This document shows, in pieces, positions 1 to 12,467 of a DNA stretch of 64,000 nt; position 1 is the stretch's first letter, and each line of letters starts with the position of its first letter. Source of the stretch: Chara braunii (Eukaryota; Plantae; Charophyceae). The stretch lies in assembly GCA_003427395.1 (NCBI GenBank), contig BFEA01000033.1, positions 3,328,676 to 3,392,675 on the forward strand, written 5' to 3'. The notes below the pieces were generated by a model. That model was not told where the DNA came from, made no database searches, and saw only the letters and a list, made by a program, of their open reading frames with translations. A program made the translations under genes and the position numbers.

Positions 1-304
1 TTGATGAAGTTTCGTGTAGAGCCTATGTCTGTGAAGGCGCCCACCTTGCGGCCACCTACATCAACCTCTACCACGATGTGTTCATCTTTTGGACCTCTAC
101 TAATCATCGCCCAAGAGTCTTTGGGGTCCTTCCCTGACCACTCAGTCTCAAACTCTTCAAGGGCCTCAGACACATCTCTCGAACAAAGCGTCGGTGGGTC
201 TGAATGTGTCTGCGGGGCGATACGTGGGTCACTAGCCCTGACTAACACCTGAAGTGGGGAAGGCAACATTACCACTTCAGCGCGAGTAAGAGCGGCTAAA
301 ACTC

Positions 305-1075
305 CTACTGGCCCGAGGTGTTTCCCTGCGAAGTGCTCGCAAAAGCACTGCCAGGGTTCGATGATAGTCCCACCACCGTTGGTGAGGCTACCCTCGTTAG
401 GACTTTCTTACCTCGGCACGTTCTGGACGTGTGGCCATAGTTGCCACGTTTCATACACATATCCCTAGCAACTCGGTCCCTCCACACCTCATACTCTAAA
501 CCAAGTTTCACCCAGGCGGGTGTACCTTGGTCGCCCTAGCCCGTGGACCATACTACCTTCTTTTTCCCGGTCCCCCAAGCCTTTTGTTTGATGGGCGCCA
601 CGACTCCCCCATCCAAAGTCTTGCTGGCCCCATCATGCTCTGTCTCATCCCCTAGATCTGGGAACTCGTCAATCTTCGTCGTTTGACCATCGTGGTCAAC
701 GAACATTAACTGACCCTTCTTCTTCCCGTCCTGGGGAAGTCTCTTCTTCCTACCATCTCCTTGACTCTGACGCGCGGACCCTAGTTTTGCCTCTATATAT
801 AAGGCCTTCTTGCTGAAGGAGCCGAAGTTGTGCTGCTCGACATAGGCCTCATCCACCAGCTTTGTCCTAACCTCTGAAGGCAAACATCTTAGGTAATCTG
901 TGGGGAGAACCTGCTGGTCATAGCGCACACCAGGTACCACGAGCAGACGTTCTACGGTATCCGTGAGCTCTCGAATATTCTTGTACCTTCTGGCACAAAG
1001 ACTGTTGATTGTGTTTGTGGCCTTTTGAGCCCCTTGAGGGTCGTGCCACAGAACCAAGGACTTGCGACATAGCAT
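305..1075 (-). mobile_element. Ty3/Gypsy gag remnant (capsid-like region plus degenerate CCHC zinc knuckle)
   Basis: ORF 536-1075 has gag-like text (RYKNIRELTDTVERLLVVPGVRYDQQVL..YLRCLP). ORF 305-511 has CMKRGNYGHTSRTC, a Cx2Cx4Hx4C knuckle with the second C replaced by R. Split into separate ORFs by a stop codon. Confidence 0.7.
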
Positions 1076-2740
1076 CTATGTACTAGTCCCAGCGGGTTGG
1101 CATGGTGACCGTGACCCGAGTGCTTCGTCCAGGGCCCTTCAGAGGCATCGCCCGTCTCCCACCAGCTTGCTGCCCAGGAAGAATGCCGACTCTTAAGGTT
1201 GAGCGCTCGCGGCACCTCACATCGAGAGGACTCTCAAGACAGAACTCACTTTCTCACGGTAAGAAGCAATGAAGAGGGTAGATAAGGAAGGAAGCAACGT
1301 ACCTCATAATGCTGCCCCCAACCACAGATTTCTCACCGGCAACCTGATGTGCATTTATGATGAGCGGTCTTTGCCTCGGCACAACCAACAGCAGAATGCA
1401 GTTCCACCTCGGCTTAAATGCCACATCAGCGAGCTCTCATCATCCAGCGTACACCCCTAATGTCACCACATAGCTTCCTGGCGCGCCCACACNNNNNNNN
1501 NNNNNNNNNNNNNNNNNNNNNNNNNNNNNNNNNNNNNNNNNNNNNNNNNNNNNNNNNNNNNNNNNNNNNNNNNNNNNNNNNNNNNNNNNNNNNNNNNNNN
1601 NNNNNNNNNNNNNNNNNNNNNNNNNNNNNNNNNNNNNNNNNNNNNNNNNNNNNNNNNNNNNNNNNNNNNNNNNNNNNNNNNNNNNNNNNNNNNNNNNNNN
1701 NNNNNNNNNNNNNNNNNNNNNNNNNNNNNNNNNNNNNNNNNNNNNNNNNNNNNNNNNNNNNNNNNNNNNNNNNNNNNNNNNNNNNNNNNNNNNNNNNNNN
1801 NNNNNNNNNNNNNNNNNNNNNNNNNNNNNNNNNNNNNNNNNNNNNNNNNNNNNNNNNNNNNNNNNNNNNNNNNNNNNNNNNNNNNNNNNNNNNNNNNNNN
1901 NNNNNNNNNNNNNNNNNNNNNNNNNNNNNNNNNNNNNNNNNNNNNNNNNNNNNNNNNNNNNNNNNNNNNNNNNNNNNNNNNNNNNNNNNNNNNNNNNNNN
2001 NNNNNNNNNNNNCTGTTGACGTCAGCAGCCTTCGAAGTACTTGAAGATGTCGCCCATGCAGACCATCGCCAATACCAGGTATGTGCCCTCACATCATCAT
2101 CATCATCATCATCATCCTTCTCTCTCTCTCTCCCTTGTCTTACTCCCACGTCTTCCCTCTTGAAACCCGAAGACCACCCCTGCGCCTCACTGTACATCCA
2201 AGCCCGCCAGCTATGGAGGCTGGGCTATGGGGCTGCCCTCAGCAGCGCCCTCCTCCTTGCACTTCACCTCTCAGCGCTAGCAGCAGCCCACGAGCTTCAG
2301 CTCCAGCAGCGCTGCTGCCAACATGTGAGTGCCCGAATGAATGCCCAGGCAGCGAGCTCCTTCCTATATGGAAAGAGCCTGCCTCATTCGGCAGTCTGGC
2401 TGGACTGGCCTGGGCCCAGAAGCTTCCGGTAGGCCCCAGGATGCTGTGCCTATCTTGCAGCTACTGGGCCTTATTTGGTTGGGCCTCCCAACTGTCTGTG
2501 TATATGGCTGCCATTCTTGTCCAGGGCCTGCATCATTTTGGAAAGGCCTGGAAGGCCGTCGAAAATCTGGCTGCTCAGCCTGTGTTTTCCTCAACCAACT
2601 GGCGCGACGAAACTGCCTGGACCCCAAATACGAAATTGAAGGCCGAGGGCCTTTCGTGATTTGTTAGGCCCACCTTCACTTAGGGCGGGCACAGATGCAA
2701 CAGGGGGCCCTTAGGCCTGCCGAGGACCCAGATCCTCGCA

Positions 2741-2900
2741 GGGGGTTATAGGGGGAGGTATAGGGGGGTTACATGGGGGTTATAAGGGGGTGTAGGGGGT
2801 AAAGGGGGGGGGTATGAGGGTGTTAGGTGGTGGTATAGGGGGGTTATGTATGGGGGTGTTGGGGGGGGCTATGGGGGTGTGGATGGGGTTTGTTTGGGGT
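2741..2900 (+). repeat. G-run-rich low-complexity tract (potential G-quadruplex)
   Basis: More than 12 runs of three or more G separated by short TA/TGT spacers. Confidence 0.7.
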
Positions 2901-2925
2901 TCTGGACCTGATATAAACTCCGACA

Positions 2926-3001
2926 AAACAGTTTGTCACAGCCCCTCGTTTGTTGTCCTCTTCTCTCTCTCTGCCTACGGTTTACCGGGCAGTTCTATTT
3001 G
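2926..3001 (+). repeat. 76-bp dispersed repeat, second copy at 59375-59450 downstream of the Penelope-like ORF
   Basis: Manual alignment gives 71/76 identity. Both copies contain the hairpin CTGCCTA(C/T)GGTTTACCGGGCAG and are followed by TA-rich sequence. Confidence 0.85.
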
Positions 3002-3204
3002 TGACGATATATATTATATATCATACTTGCGGCGCACCGGCACTGTGCGCTGCGCAGTGCGCTGTGTGCGGACCCAGGGTGTGCGCACAGCGGCAGTGCC
3101 GCGCATCTGGTTCGCAGTGCGCGCTGCGCTGCACACGTCTGGTGTGCTGCGCGCATGTGCGCAATGTATATTTTCATGTTCTAGCGGTAGATTCATTTGA
3201 TTTT

Positions 3205-3264
<60 letters not shown>

Positions 3265-3646
3265 CCCTCCCGACTTCTTCCNNNNNNNNNNNNNNNNNNN
3301 NNNNNNNNNNNNNNNNNNNNNNNNNNNNNNNNNNNNNNNNNNNNNNNNNNNNNNNNNNNNNNNNNNNNNNNNNNNNNNNNNNNNNNNNNNNNNNNNNNNN
3401 NNNNNNNNNNNNNNNNNNNNNNNNNNNNNNNNNNNNNNNNNNNNNNNNNNNNNNNNNNNNNNNNNNNNNNNNNNNNNNNNNNNNNNNNNNNNNNNNNNNN
3501 NNNNNNNNNNNNNNNNNNNNNNNNNNNNNNNNNNNNNNNNNNNNNNNNNNNNNNNNNNNNNNNNNNNNNNNNNNNNNNNNNNNNNNNNNNNNNNNNNNNN
3601 NNNNNNNNNNNNNNNNNNNNNNNNNNNNNNNNNNNNNNNNNNNNNN

Positions 3647-3684
<38 letters not shown>

Positions 3685-4507
3685 AACAACACACACACAC
3701 ACAAACAAAAAAACGAACTTCCCCCCTTTTTTTTTCGGAGGCTTCGATGCGACATCCCACTCGGGTCTAAAACACCCCTCCCCAACTTTTTTTTTTTTTC
3801 TCGACCCCTTATTTTCGGGGTGCATCGCACCCCGTGCGCGCATGTCGTGCGCTGTGCGCAGTGTGACGCGTGCTGTCGCTTCAGCTTCATGTCGGCGCTG
3901 ACGGCACCTACCGTCGGCTGGTCAGCACCCGACCGTGGGCATGACTGCCCTGATTTTTGACTTTTAACTCAAGTTTGGTGAGGAATTCTGACATGAGTCT
4001 GAGGCAAAAGCGGTTTGCATTGTTATTCTGCGTAACATTGTTATTTGCATGTTACACTGGCCTTATCCCATAGAGCCTTTGGTGTGCAGTTGCTGTTTTT
4101 CTATGACTGGCTGGCTAGTTCTTCAAATGAGTAGTGAACATCTTGTTGTTCGTGGTCTGGCACACGTTATTATCCATGCTGTCGCTTCAGCTTCATGATT
4201 GGTTTTATTATATTTTGTCGTAAATATGTAGAACCTTTCTGCGATAATATGAAAATTTGAGATGTAGATAACGACTCTCATCCAACTGGACTCGGTGATG
4301 TCTGATGTATCAGGTAAAATCGTTTCTATGCAGCATGCTATTTGCAACCAGAGGTTTTTTCCCAATGGGCTTGGCCAGCTATCCCAAGATATTTGGCAAC
4401 TGTTGGCATGTTGCAGAACAGAAAACATGTGATCTATTGGTCTAGTTACCAACATGCGGGACAATCGAACACGAAGCCTGATATTTTTGGTCGCATGCTC
4501 TTTGCAG

Positions 4508-5530
4508 GGACACCGGGCTCGGCGTGCTGCTTCAGCACGGAAGAAGACAGAAGAGAAAGCCCGGCGGGAATCTCTTCAGAAGCCAGGCTTGCGTTCTATG
4601 GGCACCATGGCATTACCAATGGACTCTTACCAGTTATCAACTCAAACTGTCCCTTCACTTCTGTCTAGACCTCACATTCTGAGTTCACGAGCTGTATCTT
4701 CTGCATGTGCAACATCTGCTGGGAATGTCGTGTTTAGTGATGTGCAGTACATCCCGCAGCAACAACCTCAAGCTCGACTGATGGGAGCTTATTCCCACAA
4801 CATGTACATATCACCACTTCAAGTTCCTCTCTCGGCAACTGGAGTCCCTTTTTTCCCTCATCAAGAAGCTCCAGCTTTGCACCAGGACCAATTGAACATG
4901 GAGGATCGACAGCATAAGCAACACCTCATGTTTGGGATGGCTGACATGTCTTGTCGGGGCTCTTACCAGTACACCCAGCCTCCTCACCACTCTCACCTGG
5001 CGAGTGGCACAGCTACAGGTAGCCAAGTGTCATCTCAACGTATTCTTGCAGCAGGAAGCAAGGGCCTTCAACTGCCGGGGACACGACAGGTGGTCCCCTC
5101 CACAGTGTCAATTCCACAGTTGGGGCAGGGTCCGGTTGGGGGAAGGAGCCCTGTGGCAGTTCCAACGACCCATAACCAACGAGTGAGGTATCTCCAATTT
5201 CGTAGGTTGACACAGATGCGCATAAATCAGCAGATAGAACCTCAGCCAGGATTTCAACCACAGCAGAAAACCTTGCAACGCATTCAAGATCATCAGGGGC
5301 AGGATCAGTCCACTCTTGAGAAGAGTAAGCCATCCAGAGCAGTACCAAGATCAGGAGTGATTCTTAATGTGGAAGAGAAAGCTTCAGTTACTCCCCCAGA
5401 TGGTGCAGAAAATGTCGGAGCTGTTGCGAGGGAGAAAGAACATGTACTCTATCCAATCCTGGAAATTCCTTTGGATGATGTGTCTGTTGAAGCAGTGGTT
5501 CTACGGCAGCTGGAATCAGCAATTCGAAAG
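4508..5530 (+). CDS. LNK: Internal exon of an LNK-family (NIGHT LIGHT-INDUCIBLE AND CLOCK-REGULATED) gene
   Basis: Open Q/P/S-rich frame within ORF 4454-5695. Likely acceptor tttgcag|G at 4507/4508 and donor AAG|GTGCGA at 5530/5531. It ends in DDVSVEAVVLRQLESAIRK, resembling the LNK motif SLEAxxxxQLxxxxxxLD. Confidence 0.8.
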
Positions 5531-6627
5531 GTGCGAGTCTGGACCTACCTTCTGCTTTTCTTTCCATTATGCCTGTGGATCCTTGTCTGTCGCCTTTCAC
5601 CAGTTAAGAATGAGAACTTCAAACCGAATAGATACATCACCTGCCCAGCCATCGAAAAGAGTGATATACTCCCTAGCAAACCTTTTTCAGATTGACCCTT
5701 TGTTTTCCCAAAGTGAAATATTTTTCGTTGTAGTTGACGAACTACAATCTAACATCACCACAGGCAATCATGGGTTTCTTCAATCAGCCAGTCCTGGAAA
5801 ACGCCATCTTTAGGTTGAAGCATGGAGAACGGGCTTGAGCCACATGCGCTCACAGAGATGTACAGAGTAACTGAGGTTGTCATCATGTGAATACGTTCGT
5901 GAAAAAATGGGTCATCTCATTGTGTGTGTTGGGAAGTATTTGCTTCATGGTCCCTTGTTTATGTAATGCACCAAATGTCAAAACGTCAACATCTGGATCC
6001 CGCTATGGTCTGTATACCAACCTGCTCGCTGTTTAGGTGCGAAGCAATCTACGCCCTAGTGTTTTCTGCAGTGGCCTCACACATTTTGGCACCGGAGTTC
6101 CGTTCCAAAGGTCTTCTGCACCAGGGTTTGATATCTGCTCCTCTACACCCTGCTACGCTCTTCGTACCAGCCCTGCTCACTGTTTGGGTGCAAAGGATTT
6201 CCAGGCCTTATACCCCCGTGTTTCTGCAGTTGTACTCCACGCATGTGGCACCCAAATTCCGATTTGAAGGTTAGAATTGCGGGCGCCACAGGTTCGTTTT
6301 GGTACATTCAGGCCCATCCATTAACCATGGTTAGCAATGGTAGCAGTAACCAGAAGTATTAATTAATTCTGGGGTTCAGCGAACTTCACTCTGCATGTAC
6401 AGATTTACTTGAGCTTCAAGAGTGCTAGTGTATTAAGACCTTGATGCTTATCAGGCTGCGTAAGGGACGAGGAGTATCATAGTGCCACGTAATCAAGGGA
6501 GCTGCATTTGAATAAGTGTCCATAATTGCCGCATCCTTGCCCTTCTTGCTGAGCATGCTGCCTCAATTGCTGTCCGCGTTTCTTCGAAATCTGCTATGAA
6601 AAGCTGTTTTATCCTTGACTATCTCGC

Positions 6628-7200
6628 GTGAAAGGATTTTATGCTGCACACAAGTCCCGAGTCCCGGTCCCAGAGGCCCAGGTGGGCCCAGTACCAGATG
6701 GTCCCAGTCCTATCGAGTCCCAGTAGGTTGAGTCTCAGGGTCGTAGGGGTCTCGTAGGGTCCGAAGGACGAAGCATCGCAGGTTGGTTGAAGTCTACTGG
6801 TATCCGACAGGAAGAGTCCAGTCCTGAACTCCAAATTTGCAGCAGCGTCCCAAGAAAGTCTGGTGACCAAAACTTGCAGCTGGCAGGCCGTGGGCGCCCG
6901 GTACCGGTCGGGAGCAGGCATACACAAGTCAAACCTTGTATTAATAGCTGGTACAGTGACTTCAGCAGGCAATTGTCCATTCGTGAGTTCAGAAGCGCTG
7001 CTGGTCGCTTGTGTGACATTGTGACCTGGGAAGACGAGTGTCTGAAGGAGGAGGACGGCGCCTTGACCATAGTTAGGGTTAGCTAGGGGAGAGAGAGAAG
7101 GTGGCCATAGCCACGAGGTCGAAGGTGGAAGTGACGCGGGTGTATTCAGGGGTGCGATCTCGGTATGAGAGAGACATAGTGAGGCTGCGTGATACAAGTC

Positions 7201-7265
<65 letters not shown>
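6628..7265 (+). mobile_element. LTR-like fragment; related sequence inverted at ~50095-50304 and direct at ~47950-48050
   Basis: Shared blocks such as AGTCCCGGTC...GTAGG...GTATCCGACAGGAAGAGTCC, followed by (GA)n. Ends not resolved. Confidence 0.4.
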
Positions 7266-7269
<4 letters not shown>

Positions 7270-8970
7270 GTGTTTACCGGAAGGGGGTTGTTGATGGGCG
7301 CAACAACGGCCGCTGGTTACCTGAACTCTTTCAATTTATATCATGACAATTGTTTGAAGTTCTCCATTGCGCTAAATCGGTTCATATCTTGACTTTGTGT
7401 GAACTCTCGTGAGAAAATTCTGTCTGTGCATGCTTAGTTTGGGGTTGAGTAAAGGGAGGTTCATTGCACACGTAATGTGTCCAAGCCAGTCCTAGCTTTC
7501 ACGTGTTTGGAATGACACTTAACTTATCATCGTTCATCGAGAAGACGATATCACCAAGTTGCAGCATTCCCCTCAAAAAGTCGCCTTTGATCAGTAGTTA
7601 TTTTCCCTTGTAAATCTTGACATCCCTATTTCTCTGACCTTGTGGCTCCTGAAATTATGCGTCAAACAAATCTTTCGTTGTATTTATTCAAAGATCACCT
7701 CATTTGATGTGTCCCCTGTCAAATGCAGCAAAGTAGTTTTTTTTTCTACTCAGCTTTTTCATTTGTGAAGTCTTTTCAAGCGTTGTTAAATTCCTCTTTC
7801 AACGAGCCCTTACTTGCCCAATTTTATCTCGCAAATGACAAGATAATGAACAATCAATGTCCATGAGTTACCTTGCTGATGTCACTTCACAATTTTCTGT
7901 AACGGTGAGAATCCTGCGAAATTAGCATCTAAACAGTGAATAGGGTTGCTTTTTCCTTCCCTGCCACTCCACTCTTTATAATGCCTTTCTTTCAAACTTC
8001 TTGAACTTAATCAATTTCTAATGAAGACATTTCCGAAAGTTCCTCCGTTCCACATTATTCTCCCTCCTCGCTAAAACTTCGTCTTTTAGGACAACCTCCC
8101 TGTTTTCTAATCCTCTGAATCCCAGATCCAGTGCCAAGTTCATCATTAGATATGTGTTTTGTGCTGCACCTGCTATGTTAGGAATCTTCACTCTCTTCCG
8201 AACTAGCCACTTGCTTGAACGGACCACCTTTGATCCCTTTTCTACCCCATGGCCCCCTAATCTTGCTCCTAGGCTGGTCAAATCGCGCAACAAGTGAAGG
8301 TTGCCATACTCGTATCTGTTTATCAACTCATGGCGATATTCCACAAGCAGTCGAACAGGACATCGCCACCTCAACGGCTGCCATGGCCACTGCCTCCACC
8401 GTTGCTTCCATTTGAACAGTGTGATGTGGTTCTCTTGAACTTTCTGAAACACATTGACCGAGTGATCACCATTATGTAAAATATCATGGCGATACTCCAC
8501 TGAGCTGCCACAATATCATGATGGAATAATCTCCATCATGATAGTCACAGTGTGGGCATGCACACACGAATAGTCACACGATGGACTTAGGTACTCAGTG
8601 CCCATGCATAGTCACCGTGATGAAGTACATAGGAAGAGTCAATGAACCAATCACCATGACACAAGAGTCATTGTTATGCACCAGTGCACCACTCAATCAC
8701 TGCGACCCATGTTTAGTTTCACTGATGAACGTACTGGCTGTGCTGCCATAGGCACCGTCACGGCATAGGCATACTGTGGTGTGATGGCTTATCGGGGCAA
8801 TTGACTGAGGCGTAATGACCTTCAAGACAGTGTGCAGGCCCAGGAGCATAGATAGCGCAGGCCGGGTGGTAGTGTTCCCAACACCCAGCAGGGAAAACTC
8901 TCAGGTAGGTCTTGCTATTGCAAGGCCCGTTTCTGACTTTTCACGGTGGTAGAGATGTCTTCGGATTCCG

Positions 8971-8971
<1 letters not shown>

Positions 8972-9011
<40 letters not shown>

Positions 9012-9872
9012 CAATTACTGCAGTGTCTTTGCTCGGAGAGGTGATAAGAGCACCCCCTCCTAGCAAGAGTGGGTGCTCTGGTCTATTGGTGGGGAGCCGC
9101 ACCTGCTGGCATACGGGTCCAGCCTCCCATTGTACATCTGACAGCCTGCCAGCATTAATTGCCCTGTTTCCAGGGGATTAACTGTGCAGGGTTAATGATA
9201 AGTATGTTGGACAACAGTACATTTCAGGGCGCCGCCTCTTCACTCTGCGCCAGACCACCAGATCACTCATGTTTTCCTAGCAGCAACTTCCTACTTTCTC
9301 TGAATACCCGCCGATACCTTCCGTGTCCTGTTTGTAGACCCGCTTCTTCCTTACTTGGTCCCATTGGCATGTGGTCTTGCCTGTGATCTTGCTCACTCTG
9401 CTCCATACCATTGCATATTGACCATTGCCAGCTGGTGGGGTGGGAAGGGGTCGGGAAATTCTGTGGATGGTCGCAACAGGATCTCCTGGCCCACCTTAGT
9501 CCAGTCTCTGGAGCAAATACGGTAGTCTCCCCTGAATTCCTCCTGGTTACATTTCTGGGTGGGCCTGCCATCCCATCGGACAGATGAGATCCAGCCCCCG
9601 TTCTCACTGCCCAACCAGTCCCCAGAGAATTGATGAATTGCTTGTGTTATGTCCTTTAGCGAATGAAACTGCTCGAAGAGGTGGGCGCTACCCTGGTGTA
9701 AATCGTGCCACACCGTCTTCCCCCCCCCCACAGAATTCCGGAATCCATAGAGCTGTTGCATACCGTATAGGTGCAGTCCAGAACAAGAACCGACCTTTCA
9801 ATACAAAGTATAAGATAGCACAGCGGAAGACTTAGATACCAATGATCCGAACAATCAATATTGCAATGCAGC
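8972..9872 (-). mobile_element. Non-LTR (L1-like) 3' end with poly(A) tail
   Basis: T40 at 8972-9011 on +. The adjacent motif TCTATTGGTGGGGAG..GCACCTGC...CGGGTCC recurs after another poly-T at ~43920-44060. Decayed minus-strand ORF 9393-9761. Confidence 0.5.
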
Positions 9873-11039
9873 NNNNNNNNNNNNNNNNNNNNNNNNNNNN
9901 NNNNNNNNNNNNNNNNNNNNNNNNNNNNNNNNNNNNNNNNNNNNNNNNNNNNNNNNNNNNNNNNNNNNNNNNNNNNNNNNNNNNNNNNNNNNNNNNNNNN
10001 NNNNNNNNNNNNNNNNNNNNNNNNNNNNNNNNNNNNNNNNNNNNNNNNNNNNNNNNNNNNNNNNNNNNNNNNNNNNNNNNNNNNNNNNNNNNNNNNNNNN
10101 NNNNNNNNNNNNNNNNNNNNNNNNNNNNNNNNNNNNNNNNNNNNNNNNNNNNNNNNNNNNNNNNNNNNNNNNNNNNNNNNNNNNNNNNNNNNNNNNNNNN
10201 NNNNNNNNNNNNNNNNNNNNNNNNNNNNNNNNNNNNNNNNNNNNNNNNNNNNNNNNNNNNNNNNNNNNNNNNNNNNNNNNNNNNNNNNNNNNNNNNNNNN
10301 NNNNNNNNNNNNNNNNNNNNNNNNNNNNNNNNNNNNNNNNNNNNNNNNNNNNNNNNNNNNNNNNNNNNNNNNNNNNNNNNNNNNNNNNNNNNNNNNNNNN
10401 NNNNNNNNNNNNNNNNNNNNNNNNNNNNGACTACAGCTAGCGCTACTACTACTGCCTAGCGCNGAAGACTACTGCAGCGCTCCTCCTGAGTGCTGCGGCC
10501 GAAATCTGAAGACTACCGTCCTACTCTCCAACTGCCTACCCGTTCAGTGCCTGAAGATCCTATGTACTATCACGGGTGCCTCCTGACTCGGGCGAGCAGT
10601 CCAGGAGGCTGCTCTTGCCAATAATGCCGAAGGGAGGCAGTGGCTGCAGCTGCAGCTCCTGCTCGTGCTAATGCCAATAATGCTGCAGGGAGGCAGGGGC
10701 TGCAGCTGCAGCTCCTGCTCGAGCTGGCGTGGGAACAGGCCAGAAATAGCCTGTTCCGAAACCCAGTTTTCGTGCCTGAATCTTAGGGCAGGTTGAAACA
10801 AATGAGGGCCTAAAAATAGCCCAGGGCCTAAGAATAGCCCTCCGTTTCAGGCTGGAAAAACTCTGGGTCTGAAAGACCCAGAAATAGGCTGAAACGGAGT
10901 AGGGCCTGCAGGCCCTCGTTTTTCAGTTTTCAGNCTGAAACGACCGGGGCCTGTAGCTCCTAAGTTTTAGGCTTTAAGGCTGAATGTCCGGGACGGGTCC
11001 TACAGGGCCTGTGTGGCTACGCAGTCTGCCACAATATAT

Positions 11040-11460
11040 TCATGCAGTGTCCGTGGGCTGTTCTTACATGGCGATGGTGGGATAGAATCTGGACACTGTT
11101 GGGTACTTGGTCCAACTGGCCATGGGATTGGAGGGCCATATTATGCGAGGCATGAACCTTCCCCACTGACAATACTTTTGAAAACAACATGTTCAAGTTA
11201 GGGAGGAGAGCGGTCATGTGGACCCTCTGGAGAAAACGCTGTACCCATGCTATCGAGGGGGTCCGCATAGCTGGGGAAGAGGTAACAGACGTGATAAAGC
11301 AATATATTCAACAAGAACTCATGGTTCAGGGCAAAAAGTTAAAAACCAACTTACGATCTATCAACCAGCCTTTGGTGGGCAAGCAACGATGTTCTATCTG
11401 CCACTGCAGTGAGGCCATCTTCGCTGGCCTAGACCTTGTGGCGGTGAACCATCGGACGGG
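11040..11460 (+). mobile_element. L1-clade LINE ORF2 extreme C-terminal fragment
   Basis: RRAVMWTLWRKRC resembles the WxxWxxRN/C motif found downstream of zf-RVT in L1 ORF2. Confidence 0.55.
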
Positions 11461-11469
11461 GCGGATTGC

Positions 11470-12240
11470 CTCAGTTCCTACATTCAAATGAGACCTCCAT
11501 CAAGCCTTCACAGTTTCTTTTATGTTCACCTTTGGTTAAGTAGCCTTCACCGTTAAGGTATACAACTTTAGATTCTCCCCCGACCTGCGTTTTCGCGTAG
11601 GCCTCGGGGTCAAAGGGGAGCTCTGCCACGGGGATATTTGGCTTGTATGCGATCAACGCATCTTTGTCCCGCAGCACGCGGATCCTGTGCAGGTTCGCAT
11701 TTCTTTACCATCATCACCTTTGGGGTGTACCGAGTGAGCACATTATACTTGCCTATGTGGAAGAGGTTAACCAGCGTTTCGTGCGTTCGTGCCTCCACCA
11801 CATTGTCTACATTTCCGGATCACCCGGGGCCACTACCCAGTCTCCTTCTACCAGTCGTGGCCCTTTGCGCAAGATGCGCATCCAGTCCAGGGGGATAGCA
11901 AAGATCAACGATTCGATGTGCTCCTCAACATTGTGGTAATGCTTTAGTATAGTCCTCAGTTGCTGCGCAGTTTTCCAGTCTCCCTTCCCTGTATCCCATA
12001 TATCCTTTATTATGGTTATACCTTTTTTGACCCAGCTGTTCCATGGGGCGCTTGAGCTGCAATACACCCTGCTGTACCGGTCCGTAATCCTCCTGTTCCC
12101 AAAAAGGGGTTGACGCATCACCTCCTCCCTCCTAGTCGGTGGGGGTTTGTCAGGCAGCGGAAGTTGGCACAGGCCTTTCAAAACACGGGCCCAGAAGTCG
12201 TCCCTGACCGAATCCAAGCGGATTGCGTCTCGGCACGAAA
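11470..12240 (-). mobile_element. L1/Tx1-clade LINE ORF2 post-RT fragment
   Basis: FWARVLKG..QPLFGNRRI..WVKKGITIIKDIWD..LIFAIPLDW are typical L1 ORF2 C-terminal motifs. Confidence 0.7.
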
Positions 12241-12467
12241 CTAGGATTCCACTTTTGAATACTTCAAGTCCCTGATATCCAGCTCAATTAGGAGCAATCC
12301 AGTGTCAAGACACCTGGTGACAGGAGAGACTCGTAGCCTTTGTTTCCTCCCAGGATGGTCCTAGGGTACCCCTCTTCACCTTCCTTAGTGGCTTTGCTTT
12401 TGACACGTGCCTGTACCATAAGGCGCACCTTCCAGATTACACTGGCGCCCACCTCTAATCATGCAAC

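Noticed and set aside
1418-3960. Long ORFs spanning N gaps or (CT)/(GA)/(CA) tracts, here and at 9.8-10.6, 14.1-15.2, 22.4-23.6 and 33.8-34.4 kb
   Set aside because: Artefacts of gaps and microsatellites.
5531-5695. Hydrophobic C-terminus of ORF 4454-5695 as a transmembrane tail
   Set aside because: This is read-through past a good splice donor; the LNK homology continues at 52316 instead.
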